Part shown: positions 7,501 through 15,721 of the stretch, one piece after another
Position numbering within the stretch: position 1 is the stretch's first letter
Layout of the letters: every line of letters begins with the position of its first letter
Virus record (IMG/VR): IMGVR_UViG_3300030328_002163
Reading direction: 5' to 3' (one strand)
Origin: an uncultured virus (IMG/VR IMGVR_UViG_3300030328_002163)
Taxonomy: Duplodnaviria; Heunggongvirae; Uroviricota; Caudoviricetes; Crassvirales
Length of the DNA: 20,000 nucleotides
Position numbers and translations under genes: made by a program
Notes under the pieces: model-generated
Database searches by the model: none
What the model was told of the DNA's origin: nothing
Seen by the model: the letters and a program-made list of their open reading frames with translations, nothing else

Positions 7501-10500
7501 CATCATAACTAAGTAATTTCTGTAGAGATGGAAACAAATCTTTAGCACTTCCAATCTTACTCTTAATATTTCTTTTAGCTACTTTTCTTTTTTTGTTAGC
7601 TTGAACAATTGTATTGGCTAAATCAGCCTTCTCATAAATTTTAGTTATATAATCTTGTAATGCTTTAACTTGAGCTTCATCATTAAAATTAGTTCTTAAA
7701 GCTTTACTAATCATTACATTAGCTTGATTCTTAGTAATTACATTTTTATTTCCTAATCCTTTAATATATTTAACTACCTCTGCGGCTTTCTTTCTAAAAT
7801 CTCTTACAGCTTCCTTTGCACCTCTTTTTTCGCTTTTGACTATTTCTTTTAGTTTAGTAAGCTCAGAAGTCTTTTTCATATCAAAGCCTTTAGTTTTTAC
7901 ACCTTTACCTAACATAGCATCATATACTTTAACCATATTAGGTGTAAGTTTTTTCTCTATAGCCGAACCTTTAATGCCATTATATATATCAGTTAACCAA
8001 TCTTTAAACCTAGAGAAGATTCTTTCTAATCTACTATTTGGCGCTTTACCATCTGCTAAATATTTTTCAAATCCTCGAGCAAAGATTTCACTTACTTCTC
8101 TACTCCATCTTTTTTTACCTGCAAACTTTAATACAGTTTGTTTCTCTTCTTTAGTTAAATATTTCTCATATATATGAGCTAACTCATGTAATGGAGTAGA
8201 AACATCAGGGTTTGTCATAGCTATTATAACAAATTCACCATCTCTTGCAATCATCGCACCTCTAGCTGAAGCATCCATTTCTTGGAACAAAGGCCCTCCT
8301 GTTTCTGAGAAAGGATTTATCATGCTACCATTTTTTGTGAAAAAGTATTTCCCAGATCTTGCTTTCTTAATTCCATAGCCCAATTTTTCTGCTGCTTTTC
8401 TCAAAGCAAACTCATCAAGATTAGATGCCATGCTATACCCAGACTCATTAAAATTATAAAGTTGTGCTAATTTACCTATAGGACTTTTAGGTGATTGATA
8501 TAATTTCTTTTGTTCCTTAAGAGCTTTTATATCTTCATCAGTAGCTTTTACAAATTTTATTTTTTTGTACATTTCTTCTACAGAAATTCCTTCTCTTTTA
8601 GCCATAGATCGTATGGCTTTATCCATAACTGTAGCAGCTCCTAATGCTTGATCTCTATCAAGATTAAATACTTTTCGTTGTATATCATAAAGTTGTTTGA
8701 GATTATTAGCCACTTTACCAGGTAGAGGTTTTTTTGTTTTTTCTTCTGCTATTTGTTTTTTTCTTCTAGCTACAGATTTTGGATTAGCAATATTTTCAAA
8801 TCCTTCTATTGTTTCTGTAAGTTTTATAGTTCCAGGCTCAACTATATCAGTTTTTTCAATAAACTCCTCGTTAGTAAGGGTGTTATCTTTAGATACTTTA
8901 ATAGTGCTATAAACGTCTCCGTCTGCATTTTTATATCTAAAAGTTCTACTTCCGTCTTTAGCTGTAATAACTTCAACTGAAGAATTTTCATCTGGCTCAC
9001 CTTCTACACGCTCTCTTGTAAATGTGTGAGTTTCTTTTTTTACTGGATCTTTATCATTGATAGCTAAAGGATCTACTTCCTCTTCGGACTTCGTTTCCTC
9101 TTCACTGATAACTTCGGTTTCTTCTTTACCCTCTTGGGTAATGGTCCCTTCGGTGTCTCCTTTTCCCACCTCCGAGCCATCTGGGGATTGTTGGCGTGCA
9201 TCCACGCCCTCTGTGCTTCGCTTTTGAATGGCATCTTCTGTAATTTTAGTTATACTTTTATTTATTTCTTCTATCTTATTATCAATATCTTTAACTGTTC
9301 TAGGATCTTTATTTGCTTTCTTTTGCATTAAAGCTTGTTCCTCTACCATTAGGGATAGAATTTCTTTTTTAGACTGTGTATCGAGCTCTGGATTGATTTT
9401 CTTGCTTAGTCCAACTATCTGATCATAATTAGCTAGTATCTTTTCTCCTTCTTCTTTAGTTAACTTACCATCATTAATCATTTCTTTTATAGCTCCTACC
9501 TGTGCCTTTCTAATTTTTTTATAGTTCTTATCGTTTGATGTGTTTAAAAACAGCTCAAACAACTCATCATTCATTTCTTCTAGGTTATTTACCATAGGAT
9601 CAGTTCCTAATCCTTGATACATCATCATAGGTATAGACAATGTAATACCTCCAATACCTTCTTGTATACCAGCTTTGAGTACTTGTTTATAATATTCTTC
9701 ACTAAATGCTTCAGGTGTATCGAAGTTACCTTTATCTGAAGCTACATTCCATAATCTTTTAGCATTAATCTCGGCTATTTGTTGAAGAGCTCCTGTCTCT
9801 GCTTCGGCTAATCCCATAGAGCCAGCTCGTAAGGTGCCTTTCAATATTTTGTTTTTAACTTCTCTTTCTATAATTTCAGAAAAAGTTTTTGCAGAACTTT
9901 TTCCTGTGCCTTGTCCAAGTTTTTTTAATCCTTGTAAAGTCAATTGCTTAACAAATGGAGAAGATGCAGTCATGTTACGAAATCCATAAGCTTCTAGTAT
10001 ACCTGTAACTATACCTAATGGACCTGTTATTAAATACTTTTGAGATTCTGGTACTTCTGCAAAACTAGGATCTTTCTCCATTTCCTCATTAATTGCATCC
10101 ATTTGAAGTATTCCAAAGTTTAATACCCTACCACCAAAACCATAACTCATTAAAGCTGGTAAGCTTTCACCGACACCTAATACAGCCCCTCCCACAAGAG
10201 ATTCTCTTTGTACTCTATCAGCATATTCCCTAGTTGTTTTTGTTATAGGTCTTGATAATAAATCTGTTGCACCTACCCTTACAGAAGGTAGTACTTCTGC
10301 TTTTACAGATTTACTAGCTATATCTTTTACTTTAGAATTTAACTCAGATTTCTTTGATTTATCTATATTATTAACAATGTTTTGTAATTTATCTAGTGGT
10401 ATATCTCCATATTTAGCTTCTAAGTAAGCATTTCTTAATGCCATCTCAGCAGGTTTACCTTTTTTAAAACCTTGTATCTCTTCTACTTTCTCATCACTCA

Positions 10501-11587
10501 ATGATACTCTCCAACTGTCATAATCTAAATCTTTACTATCTAATCCTTCTACCTTTTCTCCACTATTTATTAGTTCTTCTATTATGTTTCGATTATAATC
10601 TTGTGGTGACATTCCAGCGTTAGGTAAAATGTTAACTAAAATATCTGTAGCAATTCCAGATTGCCCACTTGCTATTCTACCAACACCATCAAAAAATTTA
10701 TTTATAAAAGCTCCTACAAAAGTTCCTTTCTCTGCTTCTTTTTCTACATACCTTCCTACATTCTTTCTATAAGCAATCATGTCTTGTTGATTCTTGGTTT
10801 GCTTTTCGCTTATTTCATTTCTTTTTGTTTCTAGTTGTAAGTCTCTTTCTTTAAATTGCTCCAGTTGTTGTTGAGCTAATAAAGGGTTCGATTGTTTTAA
10901 ATCATTATATTCTTTAGAATAAAAATATTGTCTTTCCTTTTCTAATTCATTAAAGTCTCTTAAATATAATTTAAGCTCACTATTGAACCTGCTTTGATTG
11001 TTTTGAAAACTTTTTACATAGTTATCATACTCCTCTTCATCATAAAACTTGACCTCATTTTTATCATAGTTTTTTTCTATAGTAGATAAAGGATCAGTAG
11101 ACTGATTGTTTTTAATAAAATCTTGTATACCTTTTGGGTTTCTTTTATAGTTAGTAAATGTTTCTTCTACTCCTGTAGGGCTAGTAATTTTTATTGCATT
11201 AATACCAACACCTAATGGACTACTCCATTCTTCAAACTTAAAACCTTTGTTGCCGAATAAATAATTTAATTCTGGAACTGCATTCTCTTCACCTTGATTA
11301 AGGACTTCATCCGTTGCTAATAATTCCAAAGAACCATCTTCTGCCACTTGAGTTTCTGTAGTAGATACCGAAACGCTTTGAGGAGAAATGGAAGGAGAGT
11401 CTTTTTTTTTTACCCCAAAATCTTGGAGCATTTGTTCTATGGGAGGCATCTCGTAATGCTCTAGCATATTTTCCCTAAGCTTACCTATTTTAACAGGGTC
11501 TTGCATATCTATAGCAAACTGTTCATAAGCTGGTAGATCAAAATACTTTAAAGCATTTTCATACAGTCTTTTTAATTTTTCCTCCAT
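4520..11587 (-). CDS. Giant internal virion/ejection protein (large polyvalent protein-like) with a zincin-type metallopeptidase-like domain
   Basis: 2355-aa ORF, last in the virion block. Contains STPLHELAH (8174-8188) plus SEIFARGFEKYLADGKAP...FSRFKDWLTDIY, a pattern typical of MPTase-like domains in phage polyvalent proteins. Also has Gly/Ala-rich hydrophobic helices and coiled-coil stretches. Confidence 0.8.
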   Translation of the reverse strand: MEEKLKRLYENALKYFDLPAYEQFAIDMQDPVKIGKLRENMLEHYEMPPIEQMLQDFGVKKKDSPSISPQSVSVSTTETQVAEDGSLELLATDEVLNQGEENAVPELNYLFGNKGFKFEEWSSPLGVGINAIKITSPTGVEETFTNYKRNPKGIQDFIKNNQSTDPLSTIEKNYDKNEVKFYDEEEYDNYVKSFQNNQSRFNSELKLYLRDFNELEKERQYFYSKEYNDLKQSNPLLAQQQLEQFKERDLQLETKRNEISEKQTKNQQDMIAYRKNVGRYVEKEAEKGTFVGAFINKFFDGVGRIASGQSGIATDILVNILPNAGMSPQDYNRNIIEELINSGEKVEGLDSKDLDYDSWRVSLSDEKVEEIQGFKKGKPAEMALRNAYLEAKYGDIPLDKLQNIVNNIDKSKKSELNSKVKDIASKSVKAEVLPSVRVGATDLLSRPITKTTREYADRVQRESLVGGAVLGVGESLPALMSYGFGGRVLNFGILQMDAINEEMEKDPSFAEVPESQKYLITGPLGIVTGILEAYGFRNMTASSPFVKQLTLQGLKKLGQGTGKSSAKTFSEIIEREVKNKILKGTLRAGSMGLAEAETGALQQIAEINAKRLWNVASDKGNFDTPEAFSEEYYKQVLKAGIQEGIGGITLSIPMMMYQGLGTDPMVNNLEEMNDELFELFLNTSNDKNYKKIRKAQVGAIKEMINDGKLTKEEGEKILANYDQIVGLSKKINPELDTQSKKEILSLMVEEQALMQKKANKDPRTVKDIDNKIEEINKSITKITEDAIQKRSTEGVDARQQSPDGSEVGKGDTEGTITQEGKEETEVISEEETKSEEEVDPLAINDKDPVKKETHTFTRERVEGEPDENSSVEVITAKDGSRTFRYKNADGDVYSTIKVSKDNTLTNEEFIEKTDIVEPGTIKLTETIEGFENIANPKSVARRKKQIAEEKTKKPLPGKVANNLKQLYDIQRKVFNLDRDQALGAATVMDKAIRSMAKREGISVEEMYKKIKFVKATDEDIKALKEQKKLYQSPKSPIGKLAQLYNFNESGYSMASNLDEFALRKAAEKLGYGIKKARSGKYFFTKNGSMINPFSETGGPLFQEMDASARGAMIARDGEFVIIAMTNPDVSTPLHELAHIYEKYLTKEEKQTVLKFAGKKRWSREVSEIFARGFEKYLADGKAPNSRLERIFSRFKDWLTDIYNGIKGSAIEKKLTPNMVKVYDAMLGKGVKTKGFDMKKTSELTKLKEIVKSEKRGAKEAVRDFRKKAAEVVKYIKGLGNKNVITKNQANVMISKALRTNFNDEAQVKALQDYITKIYEKADLANTIVQANKKRKVAKRNIKSKIGSAKDLFPSLQKLLSYDAKIIPLEKLDAYMDLLNIIGERAKVLTLDESGKMLKTADDIINSVIVKEETNLEESTQLELDFNLDNEIDDILNIKLDTSPLKGQIAFEDAEFYKTLTKEDLKQLVKVKKDGSNDYSTLVNLKKILNNINNGFIDQSAVSLMDDIIANRNKFTNIIKRKVKGTNITNFLSKFYGKVKSVLRGGSGTFQEIRATNMGNIDEVLGNYNNSDIAKATALILASEYSKAETDIGIADKLLEEAEVLLSKPNSKIQLVKGTNSIVESKYRLMIYALQREYNANPDKKGVEPAIDYVDKTIEMLEKSNKTFAQEDIKILKKLKKEFSNKEGQIDNEKLNKALSKNEIKALELIDKVNESLAAKALYTAANVRGNRVDLYNYYVHHDVVYESKEDMSKATLEQKQKFMNPTGSTKAGTLTQRTPGGKPINFDIISSTSRGMRQTIMDYQMTRPIRQVLKTVDKVQKEIDNDPNATDIQKESVEALKKALEENIRIVFEGNFIETTFGERIFDNMRRIGYFAALASVPRAGAELGSNLLFGLLSSPKALIQGMTKFGKYSMNPQGAMFMRNIGSSETLKLYDPTALTGKMVDAAVFKKGKSVKDRAIPPILEKINFIYDNLPILKGATALTDFMGSNLISNPDKAISRPLYFAEFVNAFEKETGVKLTEQDLINIGEGNSEYLNNKEAIKNARIAADAAIVRMATSVNPFNSILKLQTQKEDSGMMRAYKLANGYMARFNLFEFITAKKAITAMYNNGDLSRVQAGGLLLGITGRMTAYMALYTVLRGLFDEAFDMEDEEEDIVLEDLLGRQLVGTIATLMFRRGLGNIPNYPISLAIELANEEFGEDLRGGEEYDQFEHSVVFNLIGAEDIKNKTSFENAIKLFAGPYGPALQSSERLRKVLVGLTTAKDKKTRDFYERELTERMAVELAGNLNLLPFYKDIRRMIVNDFFADKRKAQKKSGGRISYSKEELENLRKYAPAAYRQIIKMLKEQEKREKKN
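9073..9234 (-). CDS. Nested alternative-frame small basic protein, 53 aa: MPFKSEAQRAWMHANNPQMARRWEKETPKGPLPKRVKKKPKLSVKRKRSPKRK
   Basis: Hand translation from ATG 9234 to TAG 9075-9073, in the +1 frame relative to the host ORF. It coincides with a local GC/CpG-rich island and has an A-rich upstream region. It resembles small phage proteins beginning MPFKSxxQRxW (recalled, not searched). Confidence 0.7.
   Translation of the reverse strand: MPFKSEAQRAWMHANNPQMARRWEKETPKGPLPKRVKKKPKLSVKRKRSPKRK
11402..11411 (-). other. A10 homopolymer (GTA AAA AAA AAA GAC, codons 59-63): candidate slippage/frameshift site
   Basis: Run seen directly. Both shifted frames stay open for about 27-31 codons downstream. 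Confidence 0.5.
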
Positions 11588-11589
11588 AT

Positions 11590-13488
11590 TTAATATCCCT
11601 TTGGTTTTGATCCACTTGGATTATTGTAAGCATTGTTACTAGCAATCAATATCTTATCTATAATATACTTAATACCCGCATCAGAACCTCCAGTATCTAA
11701 TTCCTCAACACTTACCTCCATATAGTCCTCACCAGGAATGGCATCACCACTAAAGACAATGTCGGTTTTATCAATTAATCCCATTACTTCTGGTGGTAAA
11801 TAAAATCTTAATACATCATCAGTACCTGTACTTCGTGGTGAAGGAACAACTTTTATGTTTTCTAAAAGATATTCTGTACCTTTTTCTACACCTAAACTCT
11901 TGAAAAGATCTTGATACAATGATGCACTATCTTCATCTGGATCAATTTCTGTTAATGCTTCAGATATACTTACAGGCACAATTTTACCTCCTTCTGATTT
12001 AGTTCTATTTAAGAATCCTGTACCAGATGACTGTACATCCACAGGAGTTCTTTTTACATTATAGTCATCTACAAAAGGCTTATCTTCACCTTTATATAAT
12101 TCTCTAGCTCTTTGAGCTGAAACTACATCTGCACCAGGAGTAACAGCTGCCATTAATGATACTGCTGTTTCTTTAGCATCATATATTTTCTTGCCGTCCT
12201 TGTCTTTAGTATATTGTTTCTTTATTACCTTAGGTTCTCTACCATCAGTATATTGAATTACAAAAGCATCTTGAGTATCATCACTATAAATATTTTGTAT
12301 TTCATCATTATTAGCAGTTATTTTTGCCAATGCAGCGCTAGAAGGTTCACCACCTGAAGCAAAATTATAAGCTATTTCATATGATACATTTAATTTTTCA
12401 TCTTCTTTACTTTGATTTATTGAGGTAGATGATTCTTCTTTATCTGTTTTAGTCATATCATCTACTTGCCTATCAACAGCAGCTCTCGCAACTTTTTTTG
12501 CTTCTGCCTCCATATCTCCTTTAGCAAGACTGTAAACAGGTGCTCCTGAGTCATAACTTACTAAAATCATTTTATCAGTGCTTACACCTGGATATTTTTT
12601 TTTAAACTCTTCTTCACTTTGTGCTATACGGTATCCAACACCTGCTAAAATTTGCATCTGATCATCATTTGTTGCAGTCAAAGTGTTTTCAGCATCTACT
12701 AAAAAATCTTCATATGTTTTACCATCGGCATATCTAAAACCTTCTTTAGTAAAGCCTGTTCCTTTCTCAGACACATATGATTTTATAACTTGGCCTAAAG
12801 GATCAACTAGTTTTTTTGCTTCATCATTTAAAACTTTTCTGTTTGAACGCATGTTCATTCGTTGATTTATACCATGTGGATTAATAATTCTTTGAGGGTT
12901 TTCTGTTACATCTGGCATTACGGTAAAATTACCATCACCATCTTTATCCATCTCAACTAACTGTAGTTGTCCATTTGCAGGATTAGTCATTAACACTTTA
13001 TTCTTCAAATTACCAAAAGATTCTAAGGCAGTGGTATTATACAGCTCACCTTCACTTGCTATAATGTTTCCATTAGCATCTATTTCTTGTCTCTCTAATG
13101 ATTTTTGATACCATGTATCCCAATTCTTTATGGAATCACTATAACTTGCATAACCATTTTTTTGTTGTTGCATGTACAGTTTAAAGTCTTTAGGGCTAAT
13201 TAAACCTCTTTTTAATAAATCATATTGTATCTGTAAATTTTTTTTAGACATGTCACTGGCATTAATTATTAACCCCCCTGCGTCTTGATTTTGCACATCA
13301 GGAACAGCACTTAAGTTTTCCATTGCCTTTTGCGTCTCCTCATCTAAAGCTGCTTTTCTTGCTGCTCTATCTGCTGCAATAGTAGTAATACCTTTAGTTA
13401 CATCTTGTGCTACTTTACCCCAATCAACATATTCTTTCTCTAAATTTTTTTGGGCGTATATTGAATACTTTTGTGGATTAACTGCCAT
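11590..13488 (-). CDS. Probable internal virion/DNA ejection protein (632 aa)
   Basis: Long ORF between the pilot-like gene and the giant gene, with a helical N-terminus (VDWGKVAQDVTKGITTIAADRAARKAALDEE). Function is inferred from podovirus synteny. Confidence 0.65.
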   Translation of the reverse strand: MAVNPQKYSIYAQKNLEKEYVDWGKVAQDVTKGITTIAADRAARKAALDEETQKAMENLSAVPDVQNQDAGGLIINASDMSKKNLQIQYDLLKRGLISPKDFKLYMQQQKNGYASYSDSIKNWDTWYQKSLERQEIDANGNIIASEGELYNTTALESFGNLKNKVLMTNPANGQLQLVEMDKDGDGNFTVMPDVTENPQRIINPHGINQRMNMRSNRKVLNDEAKKLVDPLGQVIKSYVSEKGTGFTKEGFRYADGKTYEDFLVDAENTLTATNDDQMQILAGVGYRIAQSEEEFKKKYPGVSTDKMILVSYDSGAPVYSLAKGDMEAEAKKVARAAVDRQVDDMTKTDKEESSTSINQSKEDEKLNVSYEIAYNFASGGEPSSAALAKITANNDEIQNIYSDDTQDAFVIQYTDGREPKVIKKQYTKDKDGKKIYDAKETAVSLMAAVTPGADVVSAQRARELYKGEDKPFVDDYNVKRTPVDVQSSGTGFLNRTKSEGGKIVPVSISEALTEIDPDEDSASLYQDLFKSLGVEKGTEYLLENIKVVPSPRSTGTDDVLRFYLPPEVMGLIDKTDIVFSGDAIPGEDYMEVSVEELDTGGSDAGIKYIIDKILIASNNAYNNPSGSKPKGY

Positions 13489-13496
13489 ACTTCTAA

Positions 13497-14438
13497 CTAT
13501 TTAATGCCTAAAATCTTTTTAATTGCTTCTAATTGTTCAGGAGTTAAGTTTGAAAAGTCTTCTTTCCTTGCTTGTCTAAAAGATTTTTTATCACCAAATA
13601 TACTTTCTATATTTTCTCCTATCTTCTGTCTTGCCTCATCAGGTGTGTATCCTTGCACAAAATCTACATACTCTGGTATATAACCTTCATCACCTGGTTT
13701 TAAATCTACATTATAATCTGATCCACGCGCAGTATTTTGTGTTTGTACTGGTTTACCAGTCTTAGGATCAATAACTACTTGTCCACCATATGTGATAGTA
13801 CCATCTGCACCTACAGTTCCTAAACCTTTAAAGGTATCACTTTCTGCTAATTTACCTGCTTGTCTATCTGCGGCTCCTTGCATATAATCAGGAAGTGAAC
13901 TAGCTAAAGCTGAAACTCCTGATATCCCAGATTGTATTGCCGACATCGTAGATGCGGCAGCTGCTTCTCTTTGATCACCAGACATAGCCATCGCATCTTT
14001 TGCTGCTCCTACATCCATCCCTACAAGTTCATCTTGTATTCTATTTCTATTTTCTGCTTTTTGAAGCTCTAAAGCATATAAATCTTTACCCATTTGTAAT
14101 CTTTGTTGTTCATTTGCAGCGGTACCTAAAGCTCCAACCTTACCAACTCCAGCCGCTAACGATCGAGCATCTGCCCCTTGTAATGAATCTAAAGCTTGTC
14201 TTTGTTGAGCTGTATTAGAACGAAATGCTCTATCATATGATTCAGTTGGTAATTTAATATTTTCAAACTCATCTTTCATCATTCGATTTCTAGCTTCTTG
14301 CATTAATCTTTCTGATTCTTTTTTTGACTGACTCGCTGCCCTACGTTGTTTTGCAGATTGACCTAAACCGATACCCATACCTGCTAACCCTGTGGCTGCT
14401 GCTACACTTCCTATTATAATTGCTGCTGCTCCTGACAT
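13497..14438 (-). CDS. Probable DNA ejection/pilot protein (313 aa)
   Basis: Gly/Ala-rich hydrophobic N-terminus (MSGAAAIIIGSVAAATGLAGMGIGLG) followed by Ala/Gln-rich coiled coil, typical of the first small ejection protein in podoviruses. Confidence 0.7.
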   Translation of the reverse strand: MSGAAAIIIGSVAAATGLAGMGIGLGQSAKQRRAASQSKKESERLMQEARNRMMKDEFENIKLPTESYDRAFRSNTAQQRQALDSLQGADARSLAAGVGKVGALGTAANEQQRLQMGKDLYALELQKAENRNRIQDELVGMDVGAAKDAMAMSGDQREAAAASTMSAIQSGISGVSALASSLPDYMQGAADRQAGKLAESDTFKGLGTVGADGTITYGGQVVIDPKTGKPVQTQNTARGSDYNVDLKPGDEGYIPEYVDFVQGYTPDEARQKIGENIESIFGDKKSFRQARKEDFSNLTPEQLEAIKKILGIK

Positions 14439-14941
14439 GTTTTTTTTATTTTATTTATTATTTTGCTGGGTAAATCCCTATAATTATTTGTATAAACCTC
14501 TGCTTCTGCTTCTTCAAAAGTTTTAGCTTTTACTTTATATACACAACAGAAGCTACTATCTTCATGCACATAAAACACTCGTTGAGTGCCTATCTGAGTA
14601 AATATAGTATGCGGAGCTTCAATTGTTTGAATTTCTCCAGCATCTGTTATGTATGACACCTTACCCTTTAACAAAAAAGAAGGGTGTTGTTGTTTGTGTA
14701 TCATACTAATTATTATACCACCTTTTGGCATAAATAATTCTCTAGTGTACAAACCACCTTCGATGTGTTGTTTTAATGGACATAGCTCTGAAAACTCTTC
14801 GCTGTATTCTTCTCCTGCGGTGTGGTCTAAAGATATTTCTAAAGCTTGAGCTTTTTTATGAAAGTCTTCTATTTTTTCCCACATCATTCCTCTTTTAGCC
14901 ACTACAGAGTTCAACACATCATGAGCTATTTCTAATTCCAT
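14414..14941 (-). CDS. Cupin-fold-like phage protein (~175 aa)
   Basis: Pattern HIEGGLYTRELFMPKG...IHKQQHPSFLLKGKV...APHTIFTQIGTQRVFYVHED resembles a double-stranded beta-helix/cupin. ATG 14941 is preferred over GTG 14947. Confidence 0.65.
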   Translation of the reverse strand: MELEIAHDVLNSVVAKRGMMWEKIEDFHKKAQALEISLDHTAGEEYSEEFSELCPLKQHIEGGLYTRELFMPKGGIIISMIHKQQHPSFLLKGKVSYITDAGEIQTIEAPHTIFTQIGTQRVFYVHEDSSFCCVYKVKAKTFEEAEAEVYTNNYRDLPSKIINKIKKTCQEQQQL

Positions 14942-14946
14942 TTTCA

Positions 14947-14954
14947 CAAAGATA
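14947..14954 (-). promoter_or_regulatory. Bacteroidota -7 box TATCTTTG, 5 nt upstream of ATG 14941
   Basis: The minus strand reads TTGTTATCTTTGTGAAAATG in the 20-nt intergenic gap. There is no clear -33 TTTG. Confidence 0.55.
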
Positions 14955-14961
14955 ACAAATT

Positions 14962-15717
14962 CTAAGGATAACTTTTCATGACACTGCTTCCTACAGAAAA
15001 TAACTCTACCGCACTAGTATCATCATTAGTCATTGTAAACTCCATATAGTATCCCCTAGCCCCATGAGACTCGGCTATACTGTTTTTATAATATAATATC
15101 ATATCTCCACCACTAGGGATAGTAGCTCCAGGAGCTGAAGCATCCACTGTAATAGACTTACTGGTTAAAGACAGTATTGGCCCTACAATCACCGGAGTGG
15201 TTGTTCCAGTGTACACTGTATCTCCCACGCTTACAATACTTCCAATTGAGTTATTAAAAGTAATTAATGTTGTTGCGGCCACACCTGATACTGTAGCACA
15301 TCCGCCTAAACCATTACCTGATCTTAACTTCCAATCTACAGTAGCCGCATTACTTCTTATATATGAATACCATTCCCCTTCTTTTTGTTCAAAATATGTT
15401 TCTAACATTGAGCCGCTGTTTAAATCGGTATTTAAATTAGTTACAGCCCAACTATGAGAACTTTCATAAGACATTGTCTTAAACAACTTAATGCTTAATG
15501 TAGGTTCAGGGTTAAAAACACTAGTCATAGTAGATATTCCTTGAACACCATAGTAATTATTTCGCAGAGAATTGGTGTTATGTCTCCATAAATTCCCTTC
15601 ATAAAAAGTGTATAAATACCCATTCATACCTTTTATATATTCTGGATAATATGTGTAAAAAGAGGGCCACCCTGGGCTTCTTTTGTCATCGCTAAATGTT
15701 AATGTTTCTGCTGCCAT
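14962..15717 (-). CDS. Tail stabilisation/nozzle protein, C-terminal part encoded as a separate gene (251 aa)
   Basis: TLTFSD...GWPSFYTYYPE...LYTFYEGNLWRHN...RNNYYG...SVFN...KLFKT...KEGEWY...RGYYMEFTMTN...ELFSV resembles the C-terminal half of Bacteroidota podovirus stabilisation proteins (from recollection of the family). Confidence 0.65.
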   Translation of the reverse strand: MAAETLTFSDDKRSPGWPSFYTYYPEYIKGMNGYLYTFYEGNLWRHNTNSLRNNYYGVQGISTMTSVFNPEPTLSIKLFKTMSYESSHSWAVTNLNTDLNSGSMLETYFEQKEGEWYSYIRSNAATVDWKLRSGNGLGGCATVSGVAATTLITFNNSIGSIVSVGDTVYTGTTTPVIVGPILSLTSKSITVDASAPGATIPSGGDMILYYKNSIAESHGARGYYMEFTMTNDDTSAVELFSVGSSVMKSYP

Positions 15718-15721
15718 ATTA

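Noticed and set aside
4520..11587. Virion RNA polymerase (crAss- or N4-like) as the identity of the giant ORF
   Set aside because: No DxDxD/DFDID-type catalytic motif or T7-like polymerase motifs were seen.
5844..15457. Plus-strand ORFs inside the virion block (5844, 7836, 8697, 8753, 9134, 9228, 12683, 13471, 14000, 14649, 15197)
   Set aside because: They have the Phe/Leu/Ser/Ile-rich composition expected from the reverse complement of Lys/Glu-rich genes, and no independent support.
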